Below are positions 63,087 to 64,000 of a stretch of DNA of 64,000 nt, in pieces. The DNA comes from Podarcis erhardii (Eukaryota): the NCBI GenBank assembly GCA_964252035.1, contig OZ176209.1; one strand, given 5' to 3'. The position numbers and the translations under genes were made by a program. Positions within the stretch are counted from its first letter, which is position 1. Each line of letters begins with the position of its first letter. The notes beneath the pieces are model-generated. The model was not told where the DNA came from. It made no database searches and saw nothing but the letters and a program-made list of their open reading frames with translations.

Positions 63087-63864
63087 GAAACCAGGCCTTG
63101 TAAGGGTCTGGAAACCAACCTTATGAGGAATGGTTGAGGGAGCTGGGTATGTTTAGCCTGGGAAAAAGGAGACTGAGAGAAGAGATGATAGCCATCTTCA
63201 AATATCTAAAGGAATATTGGAAGTTGTAGCAAACTTGTTTGCTCTGGAGGGTAGAACCCAAACCAATGGATTCAAATTACAAGAGATTCCATCTAAATAT
63301 CAGGAAGAACTTTCTGGCAGTAAGAGCTGCTTGACAGTAGAATGGACTCCTTTGGAAGGTGGTGAACTCTCCTTCCTCAGAGGTTTTTAAACAGAGGACA
63401 CGAGTGACGCTGTGGTGTAAACCACTGAGTCTTGGGCTTGCCGATCAGAAGGTTGGTGATTCGAATCCCCATGATGGGGTGAGCTCCCGTTGTTCGGTCC
63501 CAGCTACTGCCAACCTAGCAGTTCGAAAGCACGTCAGAGTGCAAGTAGATAAATAGGTACTGCTCTGGCGGGAAGGTAAGCGGCGTTTCCGTGCGCTGCT
63601 CTGGTTCACCAGAAGCGGCTTAGTCATGCTAGCCACATGACCCGGAAAAACTATCTTAGCAAACAAACATCGGCTCCCTCGGCCAGTAAAGCGAGATGAG
63701 CGCCACAACCAGCACCCAACTGGACTTAACTGTCAGGGGTCCTTTACCTTTATCTAGATGATCATCTGCCATGGATGCTTTAGCTGAGATTCCTGCATTG
63801 CAGGGGGTTGGACTAGATGACCCTTGAGGTCCCTTCCAACTCTACAATTCTGTGGTTCTGTGAA
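63087..63864 (+). mobile_element. CR1 3' end split by a Sauria SINE (CR1 parts 63087-63395 and 63756-63864)
   Basis: gaggaatggttgagggagctgggtatgtttagcctgg...ttaaacagagg | atcatctgccatggatgctttagctgagattcctgcattgcagggggttggactagatg...ttctgtggttctgtga. Confidence 0.88.
63396..63755 (+). mobile_element. Full-length Sauria SINE (lacertid/Podarcis type)
   Basis: ggacacgagtgacgctgtgg...gattcgaatccc...gcagttcgaaagcacgtc...gagatgagcgcc...cctttacctt. Confidence 0.92.
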
Positions 63865-64000
63865 TTCCCTTTAGAAAGATAGGCAAAACTGACAATGATC
63901 ATGTTTTTTTTCTGCTTTTTTCTTTATAGGTTAGGGCATTTGCTTCAGTGTAGAACATTCCTGTTCCAAATAATTCATATCCATAAGGGCCCACAGATAA

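Noticed and set aside
4291-63708. Remaining 60-150 aa ORFs in the track
   Set aside because: Low-complexity, microsatellite- or SINE-derived, or random intronic ORFs, many with non-ATG starts and no domain signatures

Overview
Vertebrate genomic DNA, most likely from a lacertid lizard (Podarcis-type Sauria SINEs, squamate CR1/L2 remnants). The window covers two overlapping genes. (1) LRTM2 lies on the minus strand. Its complete 371-aa CDS is in three exons (7462-7528, 3471-4061, 795-1252), with candidate 5'UTR exons at about 10.6-10.8 kb and 29.6-29.9 kb. (2) LRTM2 is nested in a large intron (>37 kb) of CACNA2D4 (voltage-gated Ca channel alpha2delta-4) on the plus strand. Nine consecutive short internal CACNA2D4 coding exons (37368-62699) splice in frame with GT-AG boundaries, including a 21-nt microexon at the predicted alpha2/delta junction. 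The rest is intron containing tRNA-derived SINEs, CR1/L2 fragments, RTE-tailed elements, hAT-type MITEs, two probable non-autonomous Helitrons and microsatellites. Best leads: a dense YCAY (NOVA-type) cluster plus UGC motifs in front of the 21-nt microexon; an apparently full-length 1.15-kb L1-like non-autonomous retroposon with a 17-bp TSD pointing at LRTM2; a young 158-bp MITE carrying TTAGGG repeats; and a minimal tRNA-Lys + CR1-tail SINE. Gene and repeat-family identities come from recalled homologues and consensus motifs; no searches were run. Most ORFs in the supplied track are spurious.
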